Below are positions 21,740-30,658 of a stretch of DNA of 64,000 nt, piece after piece; the stretch's first letter is position 1; each line of letters begins with the position of its first letter. Below the pieces are notes generated by a model that saw only the letters and a list, made by a program, of their open reading frames with translations, was not told the origin of the DNA and ran no database searches. The position numbers and the translations under genes are program-made. This stretch comes from Oscillatoria princeps RMCB-10 (GTDB lineage Bacteria > Cyanobacteriota > Cyanobacteriia > Cyanobacteriales > Oscillatoriaceae), in contig JAHHHT010000012.1 of assembly GCA_019359235.1 (NCBI GenBank), positions 67,648 to 131,647 on the forward strand, given 5' to 3'.

Positions 21740-24186
21740 ATCCTGGTTAGAGTCGATAGGGGCGTTTCCACCCCTACCTCTCCTTCAGAACCGGACGTGA
21801 AACTTTCGCTTCATCCGGCTCCTTGATACTTCCATCCTTGTTATGGACACGATTCAGGCCCGCCCCGTTTGGCATTCGAGCCATCGGATGCCGACTTTGT
21901 GTCGTGGCAATGTTTGTGTAGGAGTTGCACGTTCTCGTAGGTGTCCTTTCCACCTAACGTCCTAGGTTTGATGTGGTCAACTTCTACAATGTCTGTACTC
22001 GTAAAGTACAAGCCGCAGTGAAGGCATACACCCTTTTGTCGCTTGATTAGCGTTGCTACCCTTGTGGGAGTTTCAGGGTATTCCCCTCTTCGCTTGCTCC
22101 AGTACGCCCAGTTCCCGTCATACGGACTGGCCTCCCCTTTTACCTTGGTATGCCTTACGACTGGCGTACCGGAGTGGGCAAATAGTTCCAGTCCATCCTC
22201 GGTTCTGAAACACCAACTTTTTTCTCCTACTGGTTTCCAGTATTTCTCCTTGTTGATGCCCCCTCTCCCTCTGCGCCTCGCCCAGGCCCTCAGTTTTAGA
22301 TAAACTAGACTGTCCAGCTTACTGAAGGTTTCCTTGCTGGCAACCGTTGAGTAATAGTTTGACCACCCTCTGATAACCGGGTTCAGCTTGCTGATTAGCG
22401 CAGCCTGAGGGGCGGTCTTATGGACATCTATTACATCGGCAATCTTTTCCAGATGCTTCTGGATTTTGGCCTTTGAGGGTGTGATTAGTGTTACGAACCC
22501 CAGATTAATGCCGCTAGCATTCCACGCCGCACGGTAGCTTCCTACCTTGTACTGCCGCACGTGAAAACCCAAAAAGTCAAATCCGACGTTACCATCGACC
22601 GGCTCAAGGGTGTGAGTCAGTTTTGTTTTGCTGGGTTTCAGTTCCAATCCCATACCACCAAGCCACTTAGCGATTATCTCCTGGCATTTCTTGACTACTT
22701 CCAGATCCTCATGGATTATTACGAAGTCGTCAGCGTATCGGATTAGGCTGAGTGCGCTTCTTCTTTCCTTTTTCCCTAGCTTATAACCGCCGGGGGAATA
22801 GGCAATCAGCGTCTCAGCATACTGCTTGACTCTTTCTTCCATACCGTGTAAGGCGATGTTTGCCAGAAGAGGTGAAATTACTCCCCCTTGTGGTGTTCCT
22901 TCGTCGGTAGGGAATAGCTTACCTTGGTCACAGTACCCTGCCTTGAGCCACTGTTTTATCAGCCGTCTCATTGTGGGGTACGTGTCTATTTTGGAGAGTA
23001 GCGCCTTGTGGTCTATGCGGTCGAAACACTTAGCAATATCAGCGTCAAGCACATACTTGGCCTTTAGGCTGATGCTGGCAAAGATTGCCCCAATCGCATC
23101 GTGGCAGGAACGTCCTGGTCTGAAGCCATAACTGTTTGGCTCAAATTTTGCCTCCCATTCTGGCTAAGTGCGCTAATTTGACTAGCGCCTGAAGTGCGCG
23201 GTCGTAGATTGTGGGTATTCCTAATGGCCGCTTTTCGTCAGTTCCGGGTTTTGGAATCATTACCCGGCGGGTAGGTTTAACCTTACCCTTGAGACTCATG
23301 CGGTTTACCAGACTCACACGTTGCATCGGGGTCAGTGCCTTAACACCATCCACACCAGCCGTGTTTTTACCCTGGTTATCCTGCGTGACCCTGCGAACCG
23401 CTATGCACTTTGCCGACCAAGACCTAATCAGGGTCTTTTGAAGCCTGCGAACTGCTTTGACATCGCCACGCTCACTCGCTCGGAATATTCGCTTTTGCAG
23501 CTTGAAAGTTACCCTTTCTAGCTTGCGCCAGTTGAGGTCTTTCCATTCCACCGTCAGGTTGTCCCGCGTATTAGACATATCTACCGCTACTTGTTCAATT
23601 CCACTGGAATTACCGTGCATCTGTCAGCATATCCTTCACATTACTGAAGGCGTTCACTTTCTGATGCAATCCCCCCCCAGCCGTCATTCGCTAGCTACTT
23701 ACTGGTTCTCGACCTCACCAGAGGCGATTGGGGGTTACTTCGTTCCGATTACGCTTTGGTTGGGCCTTTAGCGTGATGCTCTCCACCGGGTTTTTTAGGC
23801 AGTGCTTGTGAGTCGGGTGTGGAACCGCTCCCGCCCTATCCTTGCCTTTTGGCTTGGTGTTGACCGATCCACATAAATGTCCCGGCCTAGCCGTTACACC
23901 ATCACTATTAACGATGGTTCAGACACATCTTTGCTTTCGCTACGCATGGGCTCTTGCTCGACAGTTACCGGATTCGGCTACCAGTAGTCTGCCTTTTGGC
24001 CCCGCTTTGACCCGTTGGATGCTACCCAATGGGCCAGGGGTCATGCTTTCACCGCTGCACCTGCGGGACAGGGCTGGACTCACGGAGTCTTCACCTGCAA
24101 ACGTAACCAGTTATCACTGGCTGTTCAAGCAGCCAGGCCAACCGTCCCTTGGGCCGTTGGCCCAATTTGGGTTGAACGAATCGCAC
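21740..24186 (-). mobile_element. Bacterial group II intron (~2.45 kb) with an RT/maturase/HNH IEP disrupted by a -1 frameshift.
   Basis: The 5' end reads GUGCGA, seen as tcgcac at 24181-24186 on the plus strand. Domain V reads GAGCCGGATGAAGCGAAAGTTTCACGTCCGGTTC on the minus strand (~21777-21810). The IEP N-terminus (23141..23620) runs RT0 through an ALQALVKLA motif. The IEP C-terminus (21841..23052, extendable to ~23140 in another frame) carries FEPNSYGFRPGRSCHDAI, YADD, maturase X, and an HNH segment CLHCG…VDHIKP…H. Confidence 0.85.
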
Positions 24187-24762
24187 CCACCCACATAATT
24201 TAGCTTTTCTTGTGGGGGTCTGACCAGTGGGCCTTTGCTTCCCCCCTGGCGGGCGCGTGCGGCAGCACCCACTTCCCACTCCGTTTATCAGCGTTTCCAG
24301 TAGCACTGTCCGGGATGAAACCGGCTCGCCAGCGAGCCGAAACACTGTCTTGCCTGACTTTTTCAAGCCCAAAACATTCGGCTTGCGGCTTTTTCATGTC
24401 CCTGTCCGGCGAGGGCTGGGGCTTACCACTTTAACTAAAAATATAACCTATTTTTCCCAGCTTTTAAAGAAGATAATATCCTCTAGAACTGCGTGTCTCA
24501 ACAAGGCTTTGGCAGTCTCCCGTTTAAGTTTTTGGTTTCAGACTGGTGAGCGTCTTACTTTCTTTTGCTCCTCCGCCCCAGGACAGCTTGGGCGTCAGAG
24601 TTGACAAGCGGGATTTTTTACAGTCAGGCTGGCAGCCAATAATGATTAGAGATTAGCTGTTGGCGAGCCTGCGGGCCCCGGCTCGCTACCTGCCTGCTGC
24701 GCCGGGGGGGCAACTGCTTTCGGAACCTTGCTCTTACGGCGTGGGAGCGGGTGCGCTGCAGG

Positions 24763-27267
24763 CTACTGCTGCTCTACAAACCTTTGAATGCGGTTGCGGT
24801 AATCCCTCAAGTGGTAATCCACCCAGTCCCCGTCATTACTGTTAGCGAAAATATGCACCAGCGGTTCGCCGGCATCGGGCAAAATTAACACCCAACTGTC
24901 GCTGCGCCGGTCGAATATCTTGACGCCATCCACTAACTCCAAGTTATCTGCCGGGTGAGTTTCTACGAGGTGGCGCATTAGGGAGCCCTTCACCGTCCAA
25001 GGGCAGCGCAGGGTGTGGGTGCGGTGGGAAACCCGGGGCAAGTCGGCGCGAAGTTGCGCCAGGGAGCGCTCCTGCAGCGTCAGCATCTCAATGATCTTCG
25101 CTATGCAGAACATGGCGTCAAACCCGGGATGCAGCTGCGGGAAAATAAAGCCCATCTCCCCACTGCCCCCGAGAACTACATTGGCATGGGTGTGAGAGGC
25201 TTCCATCAGGGCTGTGGGGTTGGCCTTGGTGCGAATCACTCTGCCGTCGTGGCGGCGGGCGATCTGCTCCACCGCACTGGAAGCGTGCACCGGCACCACC
25301 ACCGTTCCTCTGGGATTGGAGGTGAGAATCAGGTTGACCATCAGGGCGGTCAGGGTTTCGCCGCGAATCCCGTTGCCGGATTCATCCACTAAAATCATCA
25401 GCTCCCCGTGCGCCGACACCTGCACGCCAAAGGTGGCCCTCAGGGCCTCTACGACGTGACCGAGTTGCGCCAGCAGGCTCTCCCGCTCGTCTGTGGAGGG
25501 TGCCGTCTGGTTGAGACTGGCGTTGAGCACCACGGCGTCACAGCCATACTTGGCCAGCAGCTGCGGCAGCACCGCTCCAGAAACCGCATACACGTAGTCT
25601 ATTACAACTTTGGCGCGACTGTGGCGAATCGCTTCGATGTTGAGATTTTTTTCAAAGGCGGTGCTGTACAGATCCAGCACTTGGCTGGGGTAAGCCATAT
25701 TGCCGATTTCCTGGATCTGGGCCCGCCGGAAGTCTTCTTTAAAATAAGCCCCCTCAATTTTTTTCTCTAGGGATTTAGAGATATTAATTCCCTTGCCATC
25801 AAAAAATTCAATCAGAATCGAATCGTGCCGGTCGGGGTGGACGCGCACGTGGACGCCACCGGCCACCGACAGGGTGGGGACAACCGTGCGAGCGATGGGA
25901 ATTGCCGTCGATTCTAAGTTCTGAACGTGTGTCCCCACTGACATCAGCCCCGCAATCAGCGACCGGGTGACCATGCGGGAGATATTGCGCTGGTCGCGGG
26001 AAACGGTAACTTGGGAGCCCGGTTTCAAGGTCGAGCCGTATGCCGCTCCCAGTTTGACGGCGAATTCTGGGGTGATGTCGATATTTGCCAGTCCGGATAC
26101 GCCCCGCTGGCCAAACAGGTTGCGCTGCGCCGCTTGCCCCCAGATCAGGTTGATGTTCAGCGTCGCCCCAGATTCAATCTTTTTGCTGGGCCACACTCGC
26201 ACGTCTGGGCTGATTTGGGCTTCTTCTCCCACGCTGGAAAGGGCACCCACTACGGCTCCTTCTAAGACGTGGGCTCGCCGGTCTATCCGCACCCCTCTGG
26301 CGGTGACGCAGGCCCTCAGGTGGGCCTCTTCGCCGACGATCACCCCATTCCAGATGATCGGTCGCTTGATGTCTGCGTCAGCGCCAATCGTAACGTTGTC
26401 GCCAATTGAGGTTCCCGCGTCGATCTGCACCCTCGGGCCAATGCGGCAGTTGTGGCCGATCAGAACCGGGGTTTCTATTTTTGCGCTCGGATCTATATAT
26501 GTGTTCAGACCCACCCACAGCCCGGGGGAGCGCTCTTCGTAAGGGAATTCCAGTTTTACCTTGCCGTACAAGCCGTCGTACTGGGCGTCGCGGTAGGCGT
26601 CGAGGTGGCCAACATCGCACCAGTACCCCTCGGCCACGAAGCCGTACATGGGCTCGTCTTTTTCCAGCAGCAGGGGGAACAGGTCTTTGGAAAAGTCACA
26701 CTCTTTGTTTTCTGGCAGGTAGTCCAAGACTTCCGGTTCTAAGATGTAGATGCCGGTGTTGACTGTATCGGAAAAAATCTCGCTGGTCGATGGCTTTTCC
26801 AAAAACCGCCGAATTCGGCCATCTTTATCGGTAATCACGACGCCGAATTCTATCGGATTGGGGACGTGCGTCAAAACAATCGTCGCTTTGGAGCGCTTGT
26901 GCTTGTGAAAGGCAATGGCGGCGCTCAAATTAAAGTCGGTGATGCTGTCACCGCTAATCACCAGAAAGGTTTGGTCGAGCAGTTCGGCAATATTTTTGAC
27001 GCAGCCAGCCGTCCCCAGGGGCTGGTCTTCCTCCACGGCATAGGTCATCTGCACGCCGAAGTCGCTGCCGTCTTGGAAGTAGTCTCGCATCACGTCCGGC
27101 AGATAGTGCAGCGTGGCAATGATTTCTGTAATGTGGTGCCGTCTGAGAAGATTGATGATGTGCTCAGCAATGGGTCGATTCAAAATCGGCACCATCGGTT
27201 TGGGCAGATCGCAAGTCAGCGGTCTGAGCCGCGTCCCCGATCCTCCAGCCATCAGCACTGCTCGCAT
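24763..27267 (-). CDS. Bifunctional sugar-1-phosphate nucleotidyltransferase / phosphohexomutase.
   Basis: The N-terminus reads [18 protein letters not shown]…GTAG, a nucleotidyl transferase motif. The middle has a left-handed beta-helix. The C-terminal ~450 aa is an alpha-D-phosphohexomutase domain. Confidence 0.75.
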   Translation of the reverse strand: MRAVLMAGGSGTRLRPLTCDLPKPMVPILNRPIAEHIINLLRRHHITEIIATLHYLPDVMRDYFQDGSDFGVQMTYAVEEDQPLGTAGCVKNIAELLDQTFLVISGDSITDFNLSAAIAFHKHKRSKATIVLTHVPNPIEFGVVITDKDGRIRRFLEKPSTSEIFSDTVNTGIYILEPEVLDYLPENKECDFSKDLFPLLLEKDEPMYGFVAEGYWCDVGHLDAYRDAQYDGLYGKVKLEFPYEERSPGLWVGLNTYIDPSAKIETPVLIGHNCRIGPRVQIDAGTSIGDNVTIGADADIKRPIIWNGVIVGEEAHLRACVTARGVRIDRRAHVLEGAVVGALSSVGEEAQISPDVRVWPSKKIESGATLNINLIWGQAAQRNLFGQRGVSGLANIDITPEFAVKLGAAYGSTLKPGSQVTVSRDQRNISRMVTRSLIAGLMSVGTHVQNLESTAIPIARTVVPTLSVAGGVHVRVHPDRHDSILIEFFDGKGINISKSLEKKIEGAYFKEDFRRAQIQEIGNMAYPSQVLDLYSTAFEKNLNIEAIRHSRAKVVIDYVYAVSGAVLPQLLAKYGCDAVVLNASLNQTAPSTDERESLLAQLGHVVEALRATFGVQVSAHGELMILVDESGNGIRGETLTALMVNLILTSNPRGTVVVPVHASSAVEQIARRHDGRVIRTKANPTALMEASHTHANVVLGGSGEMGFIFPQLHPGFDAMFCIAKIIEMLTLQERSLAQLRADLPRVSHRTHTLRCPWTVKGSLMRHLVETHPADNLELVDGVKIFDRRSDSWVLILPDAGEPLVHIFANSNDGDWVDYHLRDYRNRIQRFVEQQ

Positions 27268-27828
27268 AAGTCCTCCTTAGCTGTTTGCACGCTTGGTTGC
27301 ATCGTAGCGATTCCGGCGCGTTCGGCTTGTCTCTACTCTAGTTTCTTATGATGCTGGCTTTTGTGGCATGCCGCTCCAATGCCCTCTTGCGCCAGAACTG
27401 AGTTGCTTTCAGCCCCGCCAAGCTGCTGGGGATAAGTAAATCTACTTAAAAGAAGCTGACAGTTGATGGCTGGAAGATGGCTCCTGCAACCAGCCGCACG
27501 ACCGCAGCGTCTGGGGGAAGAGAATTTTGCCGCTGTGCCAAAAGCTATCCATAGCATAAGGCTGAATCTTCGATCATTTCTATAACCTTAACGAGGGTTT
27601 AACCCCTTGGAGTGCGGGGGCTTTCCAGCTGCCCTTTGTTGCCGGTGTCGCTTCCCCGGCACCCAAAGGGTTGCAAAGTAGGCACAGCCCGCCCCCAAGC
27701 GTGCCGGTGGGCCGGCAGACCGGATGGGAGCATCCCGATTGTGCAAAGAAGCCCAAATGAATGCGATAATGATTTCAGCAGGCGGCAGGAGAAGAATATT
27801 TTTGGCCAGCTGAATCCCGGCAACGGGA

Positions 27829-28047
27829 TTGAAACAGTTGCTTCGGAAATCGATTATGAATTTAGTCTTATTTGCGTTGCTGGTCGGTTATGGAGTCGGG
27901 ATATGGAAGTTCTGGAGTGGGTTTGAGCGGACGAACTTCGAGCGAAGTCTGCCCAACCGGCTGAGGCTGTCGGTGCTGTGGCCGATGCTGTGGGTGGCCA
28001 ACCAGAGCTATCGCAAGAACTTTACCAAAGCTCTCAAGGGGCGGTAG
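27829..28047 (+). CDS. Small hypothetical membrane protein.
   Basis: The 72-aa ORF has one TM helix and sits 4 nt upstream of the next gene. The evidence is weak. Confidence 0.3.
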   Translation: MKQLLRKSIMNLVLFALLVGYGVGIWKFWSGFERTNFERSLPNRLRLSVLWPMLWVANQSYRKNFTKALKGR

Positions 28048-28051
28048 GGGC

Positions 28052-28777
28052 TTGATGTCTAAAAAGCCCGCTTCTCCCTTAGGCCACCTCTTGGGTGCCG
28101 GCACCCAAGACGGCTGGCAGTCAAGAGTGGCGCAAGTGGCGTCTCGCTTTAACCGGCAGTATGGCGGCGAGCCCTTCGACCTGCCCTCCGAAATCGAGGC
28201 TATGCCCATCTTTCGCGACTGGGCTGCCGGCACCCTCCAACCCAAAACCACTTCCCCTTTCTGGGATATCGCCCAACCCCAAAAAAACCAGCGCTGTTTG
28301 GATATCGGCTGCGGTGCCAGCTTTCTCATCTATCCCTGGCGCGACTGGGGCGCATTCTTTTACGGTCAAGAAATCAGCGCCGTGGCGCGGGACACCCTCA
28401 ACGCTCGCGGACCCCAGCTCAACTCCAAGCTGTTTAAGGGGGTGGAACTCGCACCGGCTCACCAGCTCCACTGCGAGCCGGCTCAGTTCGATATGGCCAT
28501 CGCCACCGGCTTCAGCTGCTATTTCCCTCTCGATTACTGGGCTGCTGTTATGGCTGAGGTGCAGCGGGCCCTCAAGCCGGCTGGCGAGTTCGTTTTTGAT
28601 GTCCTCGACCCGGATCCGCCCCTAGCAGAAAACTGGGCCATCCTGGAAACCTATATGGGCGCTGAGGTGTTCCTCGAACCTTTGCCCGCTTGGGAAAAGC
28701 TGATTAAGGCTGCCGGTGCTAAGGTGGTTAAGCGCCAGCCAGGCGAGCTGTTCGAGCTTTATAAAGTCCGATTTTGA
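28052..28777 (+). CDS. Class I SAM-dependent methyltransferase.
   Basis: Motif I reads LDIGCGASF and post-I reads GQEIS. The fold is typical for the class. It is 241 aa. Confidence 0.7.
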   Translation: MMSKKPASPLGHLLGAGTQDGWQSRVAQVASRFNRQYGGEPFDLPSEIEAMPIFRDWAAGTLQPKTTSPFWDIAQPQKNQRCLDIGCGASFLIYPWRDWGAFFYGQEISAVARDTLNARGPQLNSKLFKGVELAPAHQLHCEPAQFDMAIATGFSCYFPLDYWAAVMAEVQRALKPAGEFVFDVLDPDPPLAENWAILETYMGAEVFLEPLPAWEKLIKAAGAKVVKRQPGELFELYKVRF

Positions 28778-28808
28778 GATAAAAACTTATTGACATATTT
28801 GCTTTTTT

Positions 28809-29705
28809 GTGGTAAGGGAAACGAACCGCCAAGACGCCAAGAGCGCCAAGAATAGAATCAGCAAAGACCGGCGCATCTGGCTGATTGGCGGGACTCAAGA
28901 AAGTGCCCTGCTGGCCAGTGCAATGGCGGCGGCGCAGTTGCCCGGCACGATTTCTGTGACGACAGAGGCGGCTAGGGCCCTCTACCCACCGGCACCAGTG
29001 TTGCGGGTGTGGGTGGGGAGGCTGGATGCCGGTCAAGTCGGGCAGTTTTTGCAAGAGCAGGGAATTGTTGCCATTTTGGACGCCTCCCACCCCTATGCGG
29101 TGGAGATTTCCAAGCTGGCGGTGGCGGCGGCGAGGGAGTGTCAAATCCCTTACCTGCGCTACGAACGCCCGCCGGCGAGTTCCGACTGGCAATCCCAAAT
29201 CCCCAAATCCCCCAATCCCGGCACCCAAAATCCCCAATCCCAAATCCTTATAGAGATGGACAGTTTTGAGACGCTGCTGGCGGGCGAGTGTCTGGCGGGA
29301 GAGCGGGTGCTGCTGGTTGTGGGCTACCGGCCTCTGCCGCTGTTCCGCCCCTGGCAAGAGCGCTGCACCCTGTTCGCCCGGATTCTGCCTTCGGTGCCGG
29401 CGCTGCAAGCGGCAATCGAAGCCGGGTTCACGCCTGACCGGCTGGTCGCCCTGCGCCCGCCGGTATCGCCTGAGCTGGAACGGGCGCTGTGGGAACAGTG
29501 GCAAATTTCAATGGTGGTGGCGAAGGCGTCTGGAACTGCGGGGGGGGAGGATGTCAAGCGGGCGGTTGCGGCTGAGTTGGGGGTGCCGGTGGTGCTGATC
29601 AAGCGACCGGCTGTTGAGTACCCCCAGCAAACAAGTGAGGTGGCGGTGGCGCTGGAGTTTTGCCGGCGGTCGCTTTCAGGCGAAGCGCCCGCTGCAGGTC
29701 TGTAA
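28809..29705 (+). CDS. cobK: Precorrin-6A/cobalt-precorrin-6A reductase-like protein, with a heptamer-repeat-derived low-complexity insertion.
   Basis: The ends have CobK/CbiJ-like patterns: RIWLIGGTQES…DASHPYA… and …LVVGYRP…MVVAKASG…VPVVLIKRP. The internal segment SDWQSQIPKSPNPGTQNPQSQI is encoded by the (CCCAAAT)n-like repeat at 29190-29248. The start codon is uncertain because an SDR lies at 28822-28850. Confidence 0.55.
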   Translation: MVRETNRQDAKSAKNRISKDRRIWLIGGTQESALLASAMAAAQLPGTISVTTEAARALYPPAPVLRVWVGRLDAGQVGQFLQEQGIVAILDASHPYAVEISKLAVAAARECQIPYLRYERPPASSDWQSQIPKSPNPGTQNPQSQILIEMDSFETLLAGECLAGERVLLVVGYRPLPLFRPWQERCTLFARILPSVPALQAAIEAGFTPDRLVALRPPVSPELERALWEQWQISMVVAKASGTAGGEDVKRAVAAELGVPVVLIKRPAVEYPQQTSEVAVALEFCRRSLSGEAPAAGL

Positions 29706-29817
29706 GCGTCTCGCCTGTGCCCACTGTGCCGGCGTCTGGGGGCGTGGGCGGGGGAGAAATATGATAGAGTTAACCCGGTGTTCCCAAAAAAACTGGCAAG
29801 CTTTTCATTAGGAACGA

Positions 29818-30321
29818 TTGGACATGAGGCTTTTTCAGCGATTGGCGGTGATTGCTCTGGCAATTTTTATTCTGTTCTTCCCCGTAGCGGCACAAGCCGC
29901 AAGTTCTTCTTCTATCAGAGCCGGCAAAATCGACTTGGAGGAAATCGGCAAGGATTTTTCCGGCCAAACTTTAATAGGGGCCGAGTTTGGAGATGCCAAT
30001 CTGGAGCTGGCTAACTTTAGCAATGCTGACTTGCGCGGTGCGGTTTTTAACGGTGCGCAACTGATTAAGGCGAATCTGCAGGGCGCAGATTTTACGAATG
30101 GACTGGCGTATTTGGTTGACTTCACGGGCGCTGATTTAAGGGATGCGGTTTTGGTGGAAGCGATTATCAAGCGCTCTCACTTTGAGGAAGCTGATATCAC
30201 CGGCGCTGACTTCACTGATGCGGTTTTGGATGGCGAGCAAGTGAGAAAACTCTGCGCCAGAGCGGCGGGTGTCAATTCCAAAACGGGAGTGGAGACTCGC
30301 GAGTCTTTGGGATGCCGGTAA
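29818..30321 (+). CDS. Pentapeptide-repeat protein with a signal peptide (likely lumenal or periplasmic).
   Basis: A signal peptide ([25 protein letters not shown]) is followed by A(D/N)LxG-type pentapeptide repeats. Confidence 0.8.
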   Translation: MDMRLFQRLAVIALAIFILFFPVAAQAASSSSIRAGKIDLEEIGKDFSGQTLIGAEFGDANLELANFSNADLRGAVFNGAQLIKANLQGADFTNGLAYLVDFTGADLRDAVLVEAIIKRSHFEEADITGADFTDAVLDGEQVRKLCARAAGVNSKTGVETRESLGCR

Positions 30322-30658
30322 GGAAAGGGTGTCTCCCGCCATCACTCGCCCGCCTTTATCCCGCCGACCTATTGCGCTGGCCCTTCCGGAGCGGCCAGCC
30401 TGTCTGGCAAGAAAGAGTGGCACAGATAAGACGCTCCCCAAATAAGTTTTATTACCTGTGATTTTTTAATAATTCATGGGTTTGTCTGAGCAGGCCGCTT
30501 ATTGCTTTCAGCTAAGATAGCTGTCAGTGATTTACATCACTCTTCTAGTGTGTTTAACATCATCAAGTGCCATGATAAGGATCAACTTTCAGGCGAGCAA
30601 AAAAGTTCATAGTTAGATAGCTAGGAGTTGAAAATGCTCTGGCTGTAAAGACTGTGTA

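Noticed and set aside
23141-23620. A separate 159-aa gene upstream of the reverse transcriptase.
   Set aside because: It is the N-terminal RT0/RT1 segment of the same group II intron IEP, separated from the rest by a 1-nt frameshift. It is annotated as part of the intron.
28095-29504. A 176-aa plus-frame ORF and a 258-aa minus ORF overlapping the methyltransferase and cobK-like genes.
   Set aside because: They are alternative-frame or antisense ORFs with Pro/Arg/Ser-rich low-complexity sequence. The methyltransferase (motif I LDIGCG) and cobK-like frames are the supported ones.
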